A stretch of 59,300 bases of DNA from Methanobacteriota archaeon (GCA_013290045.1 JABCYU010000001.1:1-59300), one strand, 5' to 3'. Numbered from the stretch's first letter, positions 17,319 to 27,142 are shown. Numbers and translations: made by a program. Notes: generated by a model from the letters alone, not told the origin.

Positions 17319-18359
17319 GTGATAGCCGCCCGGGTCGTTCGCCATGGCTGGGAGCTCCACTCGTTCGACGGACCAGCATGGCCCGGGCGGCTCCCGGTGA
17401 ACGCGTCGGCGCTGACCCTCCGCGCGCTCTGGTTCGCCATGGGGGCCACCATCGCGACGCTCGCCGCCCTCGCCGTGCTCGTGGCGGTCGCCGGGGTCGC
17501 TACCTTGAGGGCGCAGCCGCTGACCTCGCAGGTCTTTCTCCTCGACGCGTTCCTGGCGTTCGTTCTCGGCGGCGTCGTGCTCTGGGGCCTTTCTCCCCCG
17601 CGACCGGTGGATGCGGCGGGCGACGAGATCCCTTCCGACTCCCCGGTGGAGCGGTTCGCGGCCGAGGAGGAGCTCCCCGGGGACCTCGACGCGATCGCGG
17701 AGATGCGCATCCCTCCCGACCCCTCGGATACCGAGGGGTTCCGCCTGCCCCCGATGATGCCGGCGGCACGGGCCCCTTCCGGCGTGGCGGCCTCCTCCAT
17801 TCTCGGAACGTATGAGGAGCGACGCTGGTCGGAGGATCCGGTCTCCTCCGCTCCCCCATGGTCCGAAGACCCTGAACTCATGCGGGCCTCGCTCTCCTTC
17901 ACCCCGGGGCTGCACCCCGAGCTCCGGGCCGACCGGTACCGGGCCGGACCCCCCCCACCTCCCCACCTGCCGCTGACCCCGGGGATCCCGGATGGCGGTC
18001 TGCGTCCGGTACGTTCCGGCTCGCTGAGCCGCTCCGGCGCCCGCGCGACCTCGGGCCCGTCCTCTCCTCTCGATCGCGTGCCCGCCCCGCCGGGTCCGTC
18101 CGGAATGCCGATGCTCGGCCGCCGGATGTGCGTCAGCTGCGGGACCGGTCTCGCGGGGGCGACCACGGACCCGCTCTGTGCCGGCTGCGGCCGCCCGCTG
18201 TGTTCCGCATGCTATTGGCGGAGCCCCTCGGGCCCGGCCGCCCACCGTTGTCCGACGTGCGTTACCGAGGCGACCCACCCGTCCGAGGTGGGCCGGTCCG
18301 GCGGACACTCGACCGGGGTGGCGTCGTTCGGGGCCCCGGTCCGCGGCCCACCCCCGTGA
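17319..18359 (+). CDS. Membrane-anchored proline-rich protein with a C-terminal double zinc ribbon
   Basis: 346-aa ORF with a GTG start; an alternative ATG lies at 17439. It has two N-terminal TM helices, a Pro/Ser-rich linker, then CVSCGTGL...CAGCGRPLCSACYW...HRCPTC. Confidence 0.6.
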   Translation: MIAARVVRHGWELHSFDGPAWPGRLPVNASALTLRALWFAMGATIATLAALAVLVAVAGVATLRAQPLTSQVFLLDAFLAFVLGGVVLWGLSPPRPVDAAGDEIPSDSPVERFAAEEELPGDLDAIAEMRIPPDPSDTEGFRLPPMMPAARAPSGVAASSILGTYEERRWSEDPVSSAPPWSEDPELMRASLSFTPGLHPELRADRYRAGPPPPPHLPLTPGIPDGGLRPVRSGSLSRSGARATSGPSSPLDRVPAPPGPSGMPMLGRRMCVSCGTGLAGATTDPLCAGCGRPLCSACYWRSPSGPAAHRCPTCVTEATHPSEVGRSGGHSTGVASFGAPVRGPPP

Positions 18360-19959
18360 GCTCGGCCATCGCCCGGGCGTTCAGGATCGCGGGGGCCGTG
18401 GCCCAGCCCCGTCGCGCGAGACCGACCGCCAATGTGAGCGGGTCGGGGACGACCGGCCCCGCACCGCGTACCGAGACCGGGACCCGCGCCTCGATCGCCC
18501 GTCGGACCCCCGAGCTGTCGAGCCCGTCCTGGGGTCCGTCCGGCGTCACCTCCAGCCCCGCGCCCGCGCGTCGGGCGTACTCCACCCATCGCGCGACCCG
18601 CTCGGCCGACGCTTCGGCGCCCGCCTCGGGCAGCGGGAGGTGCGTGAGGAGGAGCGGGCCGTGGGTCGGGAGGGGATCGGGGGGATCGGGGCCGACGGCG
18701 GAGTGGATTCGATAGTCGCAGCCCGCGGGCGGGAGCCGGTCGCTCCCCAATGGGTCCTCCCAAGCCGCCAACAACCAGGGGGTCATCGTTCCCGGTCGCT
18801 GGCCCGCCCGCAACTGGTCGAGGAGCTCCTTCGCATCGGGTCGATCGGAGACGACGACGCCGACGTACTCCCAGCCGCGTTGGGTCGCATACGATCGGAG
18901 CCGGTCGATCCCGTCCCGCGACGAACCTTCCGGAAGATGAACGTGGAGATCTCCCCGCAGGTGCGACTCCTCGAGAAGGGGCGGGAGATCGCGGGCCGCC
19001 GCTTCGAACTCCCCTTGGTTTTCGCGGATCTCGGGGGGGAACCAGGGCAGTCCGAGCGACCGGTAGACGTCCTCCTCGCTCGCTCCGGCGACCCGGGTCT
19101 CCTCCCGGGTCACGCCGTACTCGTTGAGGCGCAGCCCCATATCGCGCGCCAGCGATCGCAACCGGACGTTGTGGTCCTTGGAGCCGGTAAAGTACTGCCA
19201 TGCGGCCCCGAAGGCGGCCGGCTCGACGACCCGGAGGTCGACCTGCAGGTCGTCCGAGAGCACCACCGTCTCCTTCGTGGGGCCTCTCAGTTTCACCTCG
19301 CGCACCATGGGGAGGGCGCTGAAGACCTCGAAGACCCGCTCCGGCACGTTCGAGGTCACGAGGATGTCGAGATCGCCCACCGATTCCCGGCGGCGACGTA
19401 GGCTGCCGGCGACCTCGACCCGCTCCACGGGGGCTTCGGCGCGAAGCCGTTCGACGAGGGAGGTCGCGATGCTCCAGGCGGCCCGCAACGACTGGCGGCG
19501 GCCGACCGGGCCCCGCGCCTCGACCGCCTGCCGGAACAGCGCGATCTTCCGATCCCCGAACCCGGCGAGGCCCTTCAGACGGCCCGCGTCGATCGCGGCG
19601 GCCAGCTCGGCGGGTCCCTCGACCTGGAGCTCGACGAGGAAGCGTCGAGCGGTCTTCGGCCCGATCCCGGGCAATCGCATGAGCTCGACGATCCCCGGCG
19701 GGAACTGCTGACGAAGTTTCTCGAGATAGGCGATGTGGCCGTCCCGCAGGAACTCCCGGATCTTCTCTCCGATGGCGGCTCCGACCCCCGGGATCGACTC
19801 GAGTTCGCCGCGGCCGGCAACCTTGCGGACATCCTCCGTGAGCGTCTCGATCGATCGCGAGGCCCGCCGGTACGCGTCGGGTTTGAATCGCTCCCCGTTC
19901 AGGTCGAGGAGGTCCCCGATCTCCCGAAGCGTGGCCGCGACGTCGGCGTTCGTCCCCAT
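18262..19959 (-). CDS. polX: Family X DNA polymerase with C-terminal PHP domain
   Basis: Contains MGTNADVAATLREIGDLLDLNGERFKPDAYRRASRSI...IPGVGAAIGEKI...LPGIGPKTA...GSLRRRRESVGDLDILV...GSKDHN, then GDLHVHL. The ATG at 19959 is preferred over the TTG at 19986. Confidence 0.9.
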   Translation of the reverse strand: MGTNADVAATLREIGDLLDLNGERFKPDAYRRASRSIETLTEDVRKVAGRGELESIPGVGAAIGEKIREFLRDGHIAYLEKLRQQFPPGIVELMRLPGIGPKTARRFLVELQVEGPAELAAAIDAGRLKGLAGFGDRKIALFRQAVEARGPVGRRQSLRAAWSIATSLVERLRAEAPVERVEVAGSLRRRRESVGDLDILVTSNVPERVFEVFSALPMVREVKLRGPTKETVVLSDDLQVDLRVVEPAAFGAAWQYFTGSKDHNVRLRSLARDMGLRLNEYGVTREETRVAGASEEDVYRSLGLPWFPPEIRENQGEFEAAARDLPPLLEESHLRGDLHVHLPEGSSRDGIDRLRSYATQRGWEYVGVVVSDRPDAKELLDQLRAGQRPGTMTPWLLAAWEDPLGSDRLPPAGCDYRIHSAVGPDPPDPLPTHGPLLLTHLPLPEAGAEASAERVARWVEYARRAGAGLEVTPDGPQDGLDSSGVRRAIEARVPVSVRGAGPVVPDPLTLAVGLARRGWATAPAILNARAMAELTGVGRGPGPRTTPPRSSVRRTGPPRTGGSPR

Positions 19960-20001
19960 CGTTGGGGGGAACCCCGTCGGGGCCAAAACGGGGCGGTCCG
20001 G

Positions 20002-20790
20002 TCAGCCCCGGGTCTCGGCGGCCGCCAGCAGATGGAGGCGCCGGCCCACGGGGCGGAAGCCGATCCGATCGTAGGCCCTTCGCGCCGGGGCGTTGTCCTC
20101 GCGGACGACCAGGGCGGCCGTCGCACCGGCGGCCTCCGCGGCCCGGCTGATCACCTCGGTCACATCCCCCCCGATCCCCCGGTTCCGGACACTCGGCGAT
20201 GTGAACACGCCCCCGACGAACCAGACCTCGGGCAGGATGACCTGGGCCCGGGCGACCGCCACGAGGCGACCGTTCAGGAACGCCCCGTACACCTGGGTCG
20301 TCTCCGGGTCAAAGGAGCGGTACGCGGAGACGAGCAGCTCATCCATGCCTTCGGCGATCGAACGGAGCTGCGTCAGGTCGTGCCGGGCGAGCCGACGGAC
20401 GGTGTGCTCGCGACGCTCGCGGGCCACCGGGGTCGACCGGTCCCGGGTGAGGACGAGGAGCGGACTCGCCACCACGGGGCCGCGCGCCGCGGGAACGTCC
20501 GGGGCGACGGGCTCCGGAACGAGAGCCACGAACGGGCGACGCGGGAGCGCTTCGAGCAGGAGCCGGTCGGGGGTCGGGTCGCCGCACCAGTGGACGATCG
20601 GTCGCTCCGGCGTTCCGAGCCAGATCAGGAGGTACGACACCCGGCGCCCGTCCCGTCGGAGGGTGACGAAACGGCATTGGGTCGGAGCGAAGTCGACGTC
20701 CCATCGGGCGAACGCGTGGCCCACGGGGTCTCGGGCGTACTGCGCCAGGAGCCACTCTCGGTCGATCCCCGGCTCGATCGCACTCGTCAT
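20002..20790 (-). CDS. GNAT family N-acetyltransferase
   Basis: 262 aa. The C-terminal VFTSPSVRNRGIGGDVTEVISRAAEAAGATAALVVREDNAPARRAYDRIGFRPV is a GNAT motif A/B. Confidence 0.8.
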   Translation of the reverse strand: MTSAIEPGIDREWLLAQYARDPVGHAFARWDVDFAPTQCRFVTLRRDGRRVSYLLIWLGTPERPIVHWCGDPTPDRLLLEALPRRPFVALVPEPVAPDVPAARGPVVASPLLVLTRDRSTPVARERREHTVRRLARHDLTQLRSIAEGMDELLVSAYRSFDPETTQVYGAFLNGRLVAVARAQVILPEVWFVGGVFTSPSVRNRGIGGDVTEVISRAAEAAGATAALVVREDNAPARRAYDRIGFRPVGRRLHLLAAAETRG

Positions 20791-20870
20791 GGACCGCGGT
20801 CGGGCCTCGAGGGCGGGGGGGTCCCGCCGGGCAGCCCCGATCCCCCGGACGAGGGCACGCCAACGGTAAA

Positions 20871-21782
20871 ATGGCGCCGGTCGCGTGGTGGGGCGTGACC
20901 CGCCCCCATCGCCCGACGGCCGAGCTCCCGCAGCACCTGGAGGCGCTGTTCCGCCGGTTCCCGTTCGACCGCTCCCTGGCCCAGGACCCGCTATCCTGCG
21001 TGCTGCCCTACGCCCGGGACCGGCAGAGCGCGGAGATCGCCGGTCTGTTCGCCGCGACGCTCGCCGTCGGCAACACGACGGCCATCCGACGATCGTTCGC
21101 GGAGCTCGAGGCCCTCACGGGAGGGGACCTGCGGGGGTTCGTCGAGGCCCGCTCCGACTCCCGTTGGGCCGATGCGCTCCCGGGATTTCGCCATCGGTGG
21201 ATCCGGGGGGACCAGATCGGGTTCCTCGCGCTGCGACTGAAGCGCATCTACGAGCGGCACGCGTCGCTCGAGGAGCTGTTCGTCGAGGGGATGAGGGACG
21301 ACGGTTTCGCCGGCGGCCTCGGGCGGCTCTCCGACGAGCTCCGGGGGACCGGGGCGGCCGGGGACGCCGCACCGCCCCCCGGATATCGGGCGCTGTTCCC
21401 CCAGCCCCGCGAACCGGCGCACAGTGCCTGCAAGAGGATGACCCTCTTCGTGCGCTGGATGGTCCGGCGGGAGAGACCGGACCTCGGATTGTGGACCCAC
21501 GTGGATCCGGGCGAGCTACGGATCCCCCTCGATCAGCACACGTTCTGGATCGCCTACCATCTGGGCCTCACCGCGCGCCGGACCCGGGGGTGGAGCGCCG
21601 TGGAGGAAGTGACCGCCGCGCTGAAGGCCGTGGACGGCTCGGACCCGATCAAATTCGACTTCGTCCTCTGCCACACGGGGATCTCCGGGGATTGTCCGAA
21701 GGAACGCGACCTCACGGTCTGCGGGCCGTGCGTGGTCCGCCCGGACTGCCTGCTCTGGAAAGGGCGGAGGGGAGCGGGTTGA
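20871..21782 (+). CDS. TIGR02757/DUF2400 family protein (HhH-GPD-like fold)
   Basis: 303 aa with DPLSCVLPY...AATLAVGN...HRWIRGDQI...CKRMTLFVRWMVRRERPDLGLW...IPLDQHTFWIAYHLGLT...DPIKFDFVLCHTGISG. Confidence 0.8.
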   Translation: MAPVAWWGVTRPHRPTAELPQHLEALFRRFPFDRSLAQDPLSCVLPYARDRQSAEIAGLFAATLAVGNTTAIRRSFAELEALTGGDLRGFVEARSDSRWADALPGFRHRWIRGDQIGFLALRLKRIYERHASLEELFVEGMRDDGFAGGLGRLSDELRGTGAAGDAAPPPGYRALFPQPREPAHSACKRMTLFVRWMVRRERPDLGLWTHVDPGELRIPLDQHTFWIAYHLGLTARRTRGWSAVEEVTAALKAVDGSDPIKFDFVLCHTGISGDCPKERDLTVCGPCVVRPDCLLWKGRRGAG

Positions 21783-22192
21783 CCGGGTCGATCCTCCCGA
21801 TCGCGCCCGGGCTGTTGGAGCGGTTCCGGCAAGCCGGGTCGAAGATCGCCTGGCGTCCCGCCGCTCGCTCTCCCGGCAAACCCACCCGCCCTGGGGGCGC
21901 CCGACGCGCCCGGATCGCCCACCTGAACGACGAGGAGTCCCGGGTCGAGGACGACCAGCCCGACGCGGGCTACCGGATCGTGACCGACTCGGGGCCGGTC
22001 GGCGCGCTCGTCCTCGTGCTCGAGATCGACCGTCGAGGTCCTCCCGATCGGCTCCGGGCCCACGAGGCGGGAAAACTCCCGGGGTTCCCGAGCGGCTCGC
22101 TCGAGGCCGTTTGGGGGGCGCCACCGAGGAAGGACGACCCGATCCTGGCGCTGCCGGACCTCATCGGTCTCGCGCGGTACGCGCTCGCCTGA
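21779..22192 (+). CDS. Hypothetical protein, 137 aa
   Basis: The TTG at 21779 overlaps the upstream TGA. Third positions are almost all G/C in this frame. No family recognised. It is the in-frame tail of track ORF 20885..22192. Confidence 0.4.
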   Translation: MTGSILPIAPGLLERFRQAGSKIAWRPAARSPGKPTRPGGARRARIAHLNDEESRVEDDQPDAGYRIVTDSGPVGALVLVLEIDRRGPPDRLRAHEAGKLPGFPSGSLEAVWGAPPRKDDPILALPDLIGLARYALA

Positions 22193-22244
22193 GGGGCCTC
22201 GACACCTCGCCTGCCCGCCGGGGTCCGGCCCCATTCGTTAAGTA

Positions 22245-22259
22245 GTCTAATCGTTAGAC
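22245..22259. promoter_or_regulatory. Inverted repeat GTCTAA-TCG-TTAGAC in an A/T-rich patch; candidate MarR operator/promoter
   Basis: Read directly, 22-36 nt upstream of the marR-type ATG at 22281. It sits in the only A/T-rich stretch of the spacer (CGTTAAGTAGTCTAATCGTTAGACA). Confidence 0.45.
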
Positions 22260-22280
22260 ACTCGAACTATTGGGCCGGCG

Positions 22281-22754
22281 ATGAACTCTCGTTCCCGATC
22301 GAAGCCGCACCCGCCCGTCCGGGAACTGATGGACGGGTTGCACCGCACCGTGCTCGGGTTCAAGCAGATGGTCCTCCCCCACCTCGAAAAGGTGGGCGTG
22401 ACCCCGGCGCAGTTCTGGGTCATGAACAACCTGAGCGAGAACGGCGAGCTCGGCTGCGGCCCCCTCGCCTCGCGCCTCGGCGTCACCCTCCCCTCCGTCA
22501 CCTCCCTCGTGGACCCGCTCGAACAGACCGGCCTGGTCCGGCGGGTCCGCTCGACGGAGGACCGGCGCATCGTTCGACTGGAGATCACTCCGCGCGGCTC
22601 GGCCCTCATCGCCAGCGTCTGGACGGAGATCGAGAGGGAAGTGGCCCGCCGGGTGCGGGGGCTCGACCCGGCGGACGTTCGGGGAGCTGGGCGGGTCCTG
22701 GCGGTCCTGGGCCGTCAGAACGGACCGGTCCCGGCACGGGAGTCGGGCTCGTGA
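22281..22754 (+). CDS. MarR family transcriptional regulator
   Basis: 157 aa with VTPAQFWVMNNLSENGELGCGPLASRLGVTLPSVTSLVDPLEQTGLVRRVRSTEDRRIVRLEITPRG. Confidence 0.85.
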   Translation: MNSRSRSKPHPPVRELMDGLHRTVLGFKQMVLPHLEKVGVTPAQFWVMNNLSENGELGCGPLASRLGVTLPSVTSLVDPLEQTGLVRRVRSTEDRRIVRLEITPRGSALIASVWTEIEREVARRVRGLDPADVRGAGRVLAVLGRQNGPVPARESGS

Positions 22755-24337
22755 CCGGCGGGGAGCGGCCCGCCGAGGCAAAACCCCCGAGCGTCGGCGA
22801 GACCCCGGCGCCGATCAGCACGATCGACCGCAAGGCGATGATCGTCGTCGTCTCGCTGATGATGGGGCTCCTCATGGGGGCCCTCGACGGGACGATCGTC
22901 CTGACGGCCCTCGGCCAGATCCTCAAGGACCTCAACGGGCAGTCGGCCGCGGAGACGACGTTCGTCGTCGCCGCCTACCTGATCGCCCAGACGATCGCGC
23001 TACCGATCTTCGGCAAGCTATCGGACTCCTACGGCCGCCGACGCTTCTTCCTCCTCGGACTGGTCGTCTTTCTGATCGGCTCCGCCCTCTCGGGGATCAG
23101 CCAGACGACGAACGAGCTCATCGTGTTCCGGGCCGTCCAAGGAGTGGGCGCGGGCGCGTTCTTCCCCGTCGCCATGTCGATCATCGGCGTGATGTTCACG
23201 CCGGAAGCGCGGGCCCGCCTCACCGGGGTCTTCGCCTCGGTGTTCGGGATCGCGAGCGTGATCGGTCCGTTCGTCGGGAGCTACATCGTCGACAACCTGA
23301 GCTGGCGCTGGGTGTTCTACGTGAACATCCCCATCGGGGTGATCGCCCTCGCGATGATCGTCGCGTACCTCCCTCCCCTGCGGGCGACGGTGAAGCCGAA
23401 GCCGTTCGATACCGTGGGCTCCGTCCTTCTGGCCGCCTGGGTCGGGCCGTTGGTCTTCGTCCTCCAGGAGGTGTCGGCCCCGGCGGGCGCCGCCTGGGCG
23501 TGGACCGACCCCCGGGTGCTGGGCCTGCTCGCCGCTAGCGCCGCCCTCTTCGTCGGGTTCCTCCTCCAGGAGCTCCGCAGCGCGGACCCGCTCGTGCCGC
23601 TAAGATACTTCCAGCAACGGGTCATCCTGATCGGCAGCGCGATCAGCCTGCTGCGCGGCGTGGTCCTGCTCGGCGTCAGCGTCTTCGTCACCGTCTTCGT
23701 CGACATCCAGCTCAACAACGGCCCCACATCGGCGGACGCCGTCCGCAACGTGCTCTATGGGTTCGTCCTGCCCCTCGTCTTCGGCTCGATCGTCGGCGGC
23801 CGGCTCCTGCTGAGGTTCCCGTACCGCCCGATCATGGTCTCGGCGATGGCCCTCATGACGTTCGGGATGTTCGTCCTCTCGACGGCGACGCTCGCGACGC
23901 CCACGTGGGGATGGACCGCGGCGGGCGGGCCCACCGGTCTCGGGGTGTTCCTGATCCCGGTCGGCTTCGGCGTCGGGATGTCGTTCTCGGCGGTCATCCT
24001 CTCGGTCCAGTACGCGGTCCCGGTCCGGGAGATCGGCACGGCGACGAGCCTCATCCAGTTCCTGGGCTCGCTCGGCGGTTCCATCGGGATCCCGGTCCTC
24101 ACCGCCTACTATACGGCCCGGTTCTCCGCGCTCACCCAAGGCGGCCCGCCGGCGGGGACGGCCTCTCCGCTCGGCTGGTTCCAGGCGAACGGGGTCGAGT
24201 CGGTCCACTCGGTGTTCCTGGTGATGGCCGGCGTGGCGCTAGCCGCCGCCGTGCTGGCGGTCCTGGTGAGCGGGGCGTTGCCGCGCGACAAGCCGAAGGA
24301 GGCCCACGTCGTGCCGCCGGCCGCCGAACCGGCGTGA
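22751..24337 (+). CDS. MFS transporter, DHA2/EmrB-like with 14 TM segments
   Basis: 528 aa. The GTG overlaps the marR stop. Contains LDGTIVLTAL...GKLSDSYGRRRFF...FRAVQGVGAGA. Confidence 0.9.
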   Translation: MTGGERPAEAKPPSVGETPAPISTIDRKAMIVVVSLMMGLLMGALDGTIVLTALGQILKDLNGQSAAETTFVVAAYLIAQTIALPIFGKLSDSYGRRRFFLLGLVVFLIGSALSGISQTTNELIVFRAVQGVGAGAFFPVAMSIIGVMFTPEARARLTGVFASVFGIASVIGPFVGSYIVDNLSWRWVFYVNIPIGVIALAMIVAYLPPLRATVKPKPFDTVGSVLLAAWVGPLVFVLQEVSAPAGAAWAWTDPRVLGLLAASAALFVGFLLQELRSADPLVPLRYFQQRVILIGSAISLLRGVVLLGVSVFVTVFVDIQLNNGPTSADAVRNVLYGFVLPLVFGSIVGGRLLLRFPYRPIMVSAMALMTFGMFVLSTATLATPTWGWTAAGGPTGLGVFLIPVGFGVGMSFSAVILSVQYAVPVREIGTATSLIQFLGSLGGSIGIPVLTAYYTARFSALTQGGPPAGTASPLGWFQANGVESVHSVFLVMAGVALAAAVLAVLVSGALPRDKPKEAHVVPPAAEPA

Positions 24338-24349
24338 TCCCGCGACGCC

Positions 24350-27142
24350 CTACGAGCAGCCGCTCGTCGACCCGCAGACGGTGCACGCGTAGCACGTCCC
24401 GGAGCGGACCATGATGCCCCCGCAGTTCGAGCACGAGGGGGAGTCCTCCTGGCTGCTGCCGCGCGTGAGCGCGTCCTCCCCGAACGCATCGAGGGGCTTC
24501 GTCTCGAACTTCACCGTCTGGGCCGACGTGGGCTTCGCCGAGGGCACCGCCGCGGCGTGGCCGCCGCCGTTCCCCTCCGACGGGTTCTCGAGGCCGATCG
24601 CCCGACGGTCCTCCTCGGTGAGGAACTCGATCGCCATCCAGCGAGCGACGTAGTCCGGGATGGATTTCGCGAAGCGGACCTTCGGGTTGTTGGTGGCCCC
24701 CGCCGGTTCGAACCGCATGTGGGCGAGCTTGCGGACGAGGTCCTTGAGCGGCACTCCGTGCTGGAGGGCCATCGACATGGAGATCCCGAGGGAGTCCATG
24801 AGGCCGTTCACCGTCGAGCCTTCCTTCGTGACGCGGAAGAACAATTCGCCCGGCCGACCGTCGGGGTAGAGGCCGACGGTGACGTAGCCGTCGTGGCCGC
24901 CGACCTGGAAGTGATGGGTGATCGCCTTCCGTTCGTCCGGCAATCGCTCGCGCGCCGGGCCACGGACCCCGGGGGTCGCGACGGCGGTCCGTCCCTTCCC
25001 GGTCTCGTAGGGTTGGGATGCCTTGCAGCCGTCGCGGTACAATGCGATCGACTTGACGCCGAGCTTCCAACCTTCGAGGTAGATCTTCTCGATGTCCTCC
25101 ACGGTCGCGTCGTTCGGCAGGTTGATCGTCTTCGAGGCGCCCCCAGATAGGAACGGCTGGACCGCTCCCAGCATCGATAGGTGACCCATCGGGGCGATCG
25201 TCCGGACCCCCGCCGCCGGGGCGAGCGCGCAGTCGAAGACGGCGAGATGCTCGGCCTTGAGCCCGGGCGCTCCCTCGATCGTGCCGGCCGTTTCCACGTG
25301 CTGGCGGATCTTGGCGATCTCCTCGGCCCCGTAGCCCAGCGCCACGAGCGCCTCCTCGGCGGTGCGGTTGACCATCCGCATCGTTCCGCCGCCGACCAGG
25401 TTCTTCGTCTTGACGAGCGAGAGCTCCGGCTCGATCCCGAGCGTGTCGCAGCCCATCAAGAGGCCGATCGTCCCCGTCGGGGCGATCACGGAGATCTGGG
25501 CGTTCCGGTAGCCCCAGAGCTCTCCGGCCTTCGCGGTGTCGTGCCAGCGGTCCCGGGCGGCCTCGACGTAGCGGGTCACGCGCGGGTCGTTGAGCGGGAT
25601 CTGGTCGGCCGCATGGGTGTGCTTCCCCATCACGCGCAGCATCGGCGAGCGGTTCTTGTCGAACCCGGGGAACGGGCCCATGCGGCGGGCGATCTCCGCG
25701 GACATGTGGTAGCCTTCCGCCGAAAGGAACGCGCTCACGCCCGCCGACAGGGTCCGGGCCGCGTCGGAATCGTACGGCAGCCCGTAGTGCATGATGAGGG
25801 AGCCCAGGTTGGCGTAGCCGAGGCCGAGGGGCCGGAAGTCGTGGGAGTTCTGGGCGATCGGCCCGGTGGGGTAGCTCGAGGCGTCGACGAGGATCTCCAT
25901 GGCGAAGATCATCGTGCGGACCGCCTCCTGGAACAGGTCGAGGTCGAATTGGCCCTTCGCGTCCAGGAACCGCATCAGGTTGATCGACGCGAGGTTGCAC
26001 GCCGTGTCGTCGAGGAACAGGTACTCGCTGCACGGGTTGGACGCATTGATGCGCCCGGACATCGGGCTCGTGTGCCAGTCGTTCGTGACGTCGTCGTACT
26101 GGACCCCGGGATCGCCGCAGCGCCACGCGGCGTAGGCGAGCTTGCGCCACAGATCGCGGGCCTGGTAGGTGTTGGCGACGGAGTGGTCGGTGCGGTTGTA
26201 GGTCTTCCAGACGCCGTCCTTGACGACGGCCTCCATGAACGCGTCCGGGATCCGGACCGAGTGGTTCGCGTTCTGGTAGGCGATCGACGCGTAGGCGCTG
26301 TCGGGGTCGGTGCCGTCGAAGTTCGGGGAATACCCCTCGCGGATCAACGCGTAGGCCTTGTCCTCCTCGCGGACCTTGCACTCGATGAAGTCGACGATAT
26401 CCGGGTGGTCCATGTTCAGGATCACCATCTTGGCGGCCCGGCGCGTCGTCCCGCCGGACTTGATGACGCCCGCCATGGCGTCGAAGGCGCGCATGAAGGA
26501 GACCGGGCCGCTCGCGATCCCTCCGCCGGAGAGCCGCTCGTGGCTCCCCCGCAGGTTCGACAGGTTCGAGCCGGTCCCGCTCCCGCCCTTGAACAGCCGT
26601 CCCTCGCTCGTCGCGAGCGCCAGGATGGAGTCCATGTCGTCCGAGACGGCCTGGATGAAGCACGCCGAGCATTGGGGGGGCTGCCGGACGCCGACGTTGA
26701 ACCAGACGGGGCTGTTGAACGCGGCCATCTGGTGGACCATGAGGTAGGAGAGGCTCTCCTCGAGGAGCGTCGACTCTTCCGCGGTGTCGAGGTAGCCGAG
26801 CTCGAGGCCCCGCTCGGCGATCCAGTGGGTGACGCGACGGATCATCCCGTCGACGGAGCTCTCCCGGTGTCCGTTGATGACCCGGAAATATTTCGACGCC
26901 GCGATGTTGATCGCGTTGTCGGACCAGTTCGCCGGCGCGCGGATCCCGCGCTGCTCGAAGATCACCTTGCCGTCGGCGTTCTTGATCACCGAGTCGTGGC
27001 TGCGCCACTCGACGGTGTCGAACGCGGTCTTGCCGCGAGGCACGAGGCGGGGGATCGGAATCGGTTCGCGTCCCAACCGGGTCGGCGATCGGTTGACCGT
27101 CTCCTCGGGAGGCGACGAGGCGCGCTTCTTTGCTGTGGCCAT
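24350..27142 (-). CDS. nrdJ: Adenosylcobalamin-dependent (class II) ribonucleotide reductase with C-terminal zinc ribbon
   Basis: 930 aa with INIAASKYFR...FNSPVWFN...CSACFI...GGSGTGSNLSNLRG...NPCSEYLFLDDTACNLASINL, and the tail CSNCGGIMVRSGTCYACTVCGSTSGCS. Confidence 0.92.
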   Translation of the reverse strand: MATAKKRASSPPEETVNRSPTRLGREPIPIPRLVPRGKTAFDTVEWRSHDSVIKNADGKVIFEQRGIRAPANWSDNAINIAASKYFRVINGHRESSVDGMIRRVTHWIAERGLELGYLDTAEESTLLEESLSYLMVHQMAAFNSPVWFNVGVRQPPQCSACFIQAVSDDMDSILALATSEGRLFKGGSGTGSNLSNLRGSHERLSGGGIASGPVSFMRAFDAMAGVIKSGGTTRRAAKMVILNMDHPDIVDFIECKVREEDKAYALIREGYSPNFDGTDPDSAYASIAYQNANHSVRIPDAFMEAVVKDGVWKTYNRTDHSVANTYQARDLWRKLAYAAWRCGDPGVQYDDVTNDWHTSPMSGRINASNPCSEYLFLDDTACNLASINLMRFLDAKGQFDLDLFQEAVRTMIFAMEILVDASSYPTGPIAQNSHDFRPLGLGYANLGSLIMHYGLPYDSDAARTLSAGVSAFLSAEGYHMSAEIARRMGPFPGFDKNRSPMLRVMGKHTHAADQIPLNDPRVTRYVEAARDRWHDTAKAGELWGYRNAQISVIAPTGTIGLLMGCDTLGIEPELSLVKTKNLVGGGTMRMVNRTAEEALVALGYGAEEIAKIRQHVETAGTIEGAPGLKAEHLAVFDCALAPAAGVRTIAPMGHLSMLGAVQPFLSGGASKTINLPNDATVEDIEKIYLEGWKLGVKSIALYRDGCKASQPYETGKGRTAVATPGVRGPARERLPDERKAITHHFQVGGHDGYVTVGLYPDGRPGELFFRVTKEGSTVNGLMDSLGISMSMALQHGVPLKDLVRKLAHMRFEPAGATNNPKVRFAKSIPDYVARWMAIEFLTEEDRRAIGLENPSEGNGGGHAAAVPSAKPTSAQTVKFETKPLDAFGEDALTRGSSQEDSPSCSNCGGIMVRSGTCYACTVCGSTSGCS

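Noticed and set aside
17202-18308. Upstream 5' extension of the 488-aa minus ORF 16842..18308
   Set aside because: Only the last roughly 119 codons encode hydrophobic helices. The rest is Arg/Gly/Pro-rich, has poor third-position G/C just upstream of 17201, and lies antisense to the zinc-ribbon membrane protein gene.
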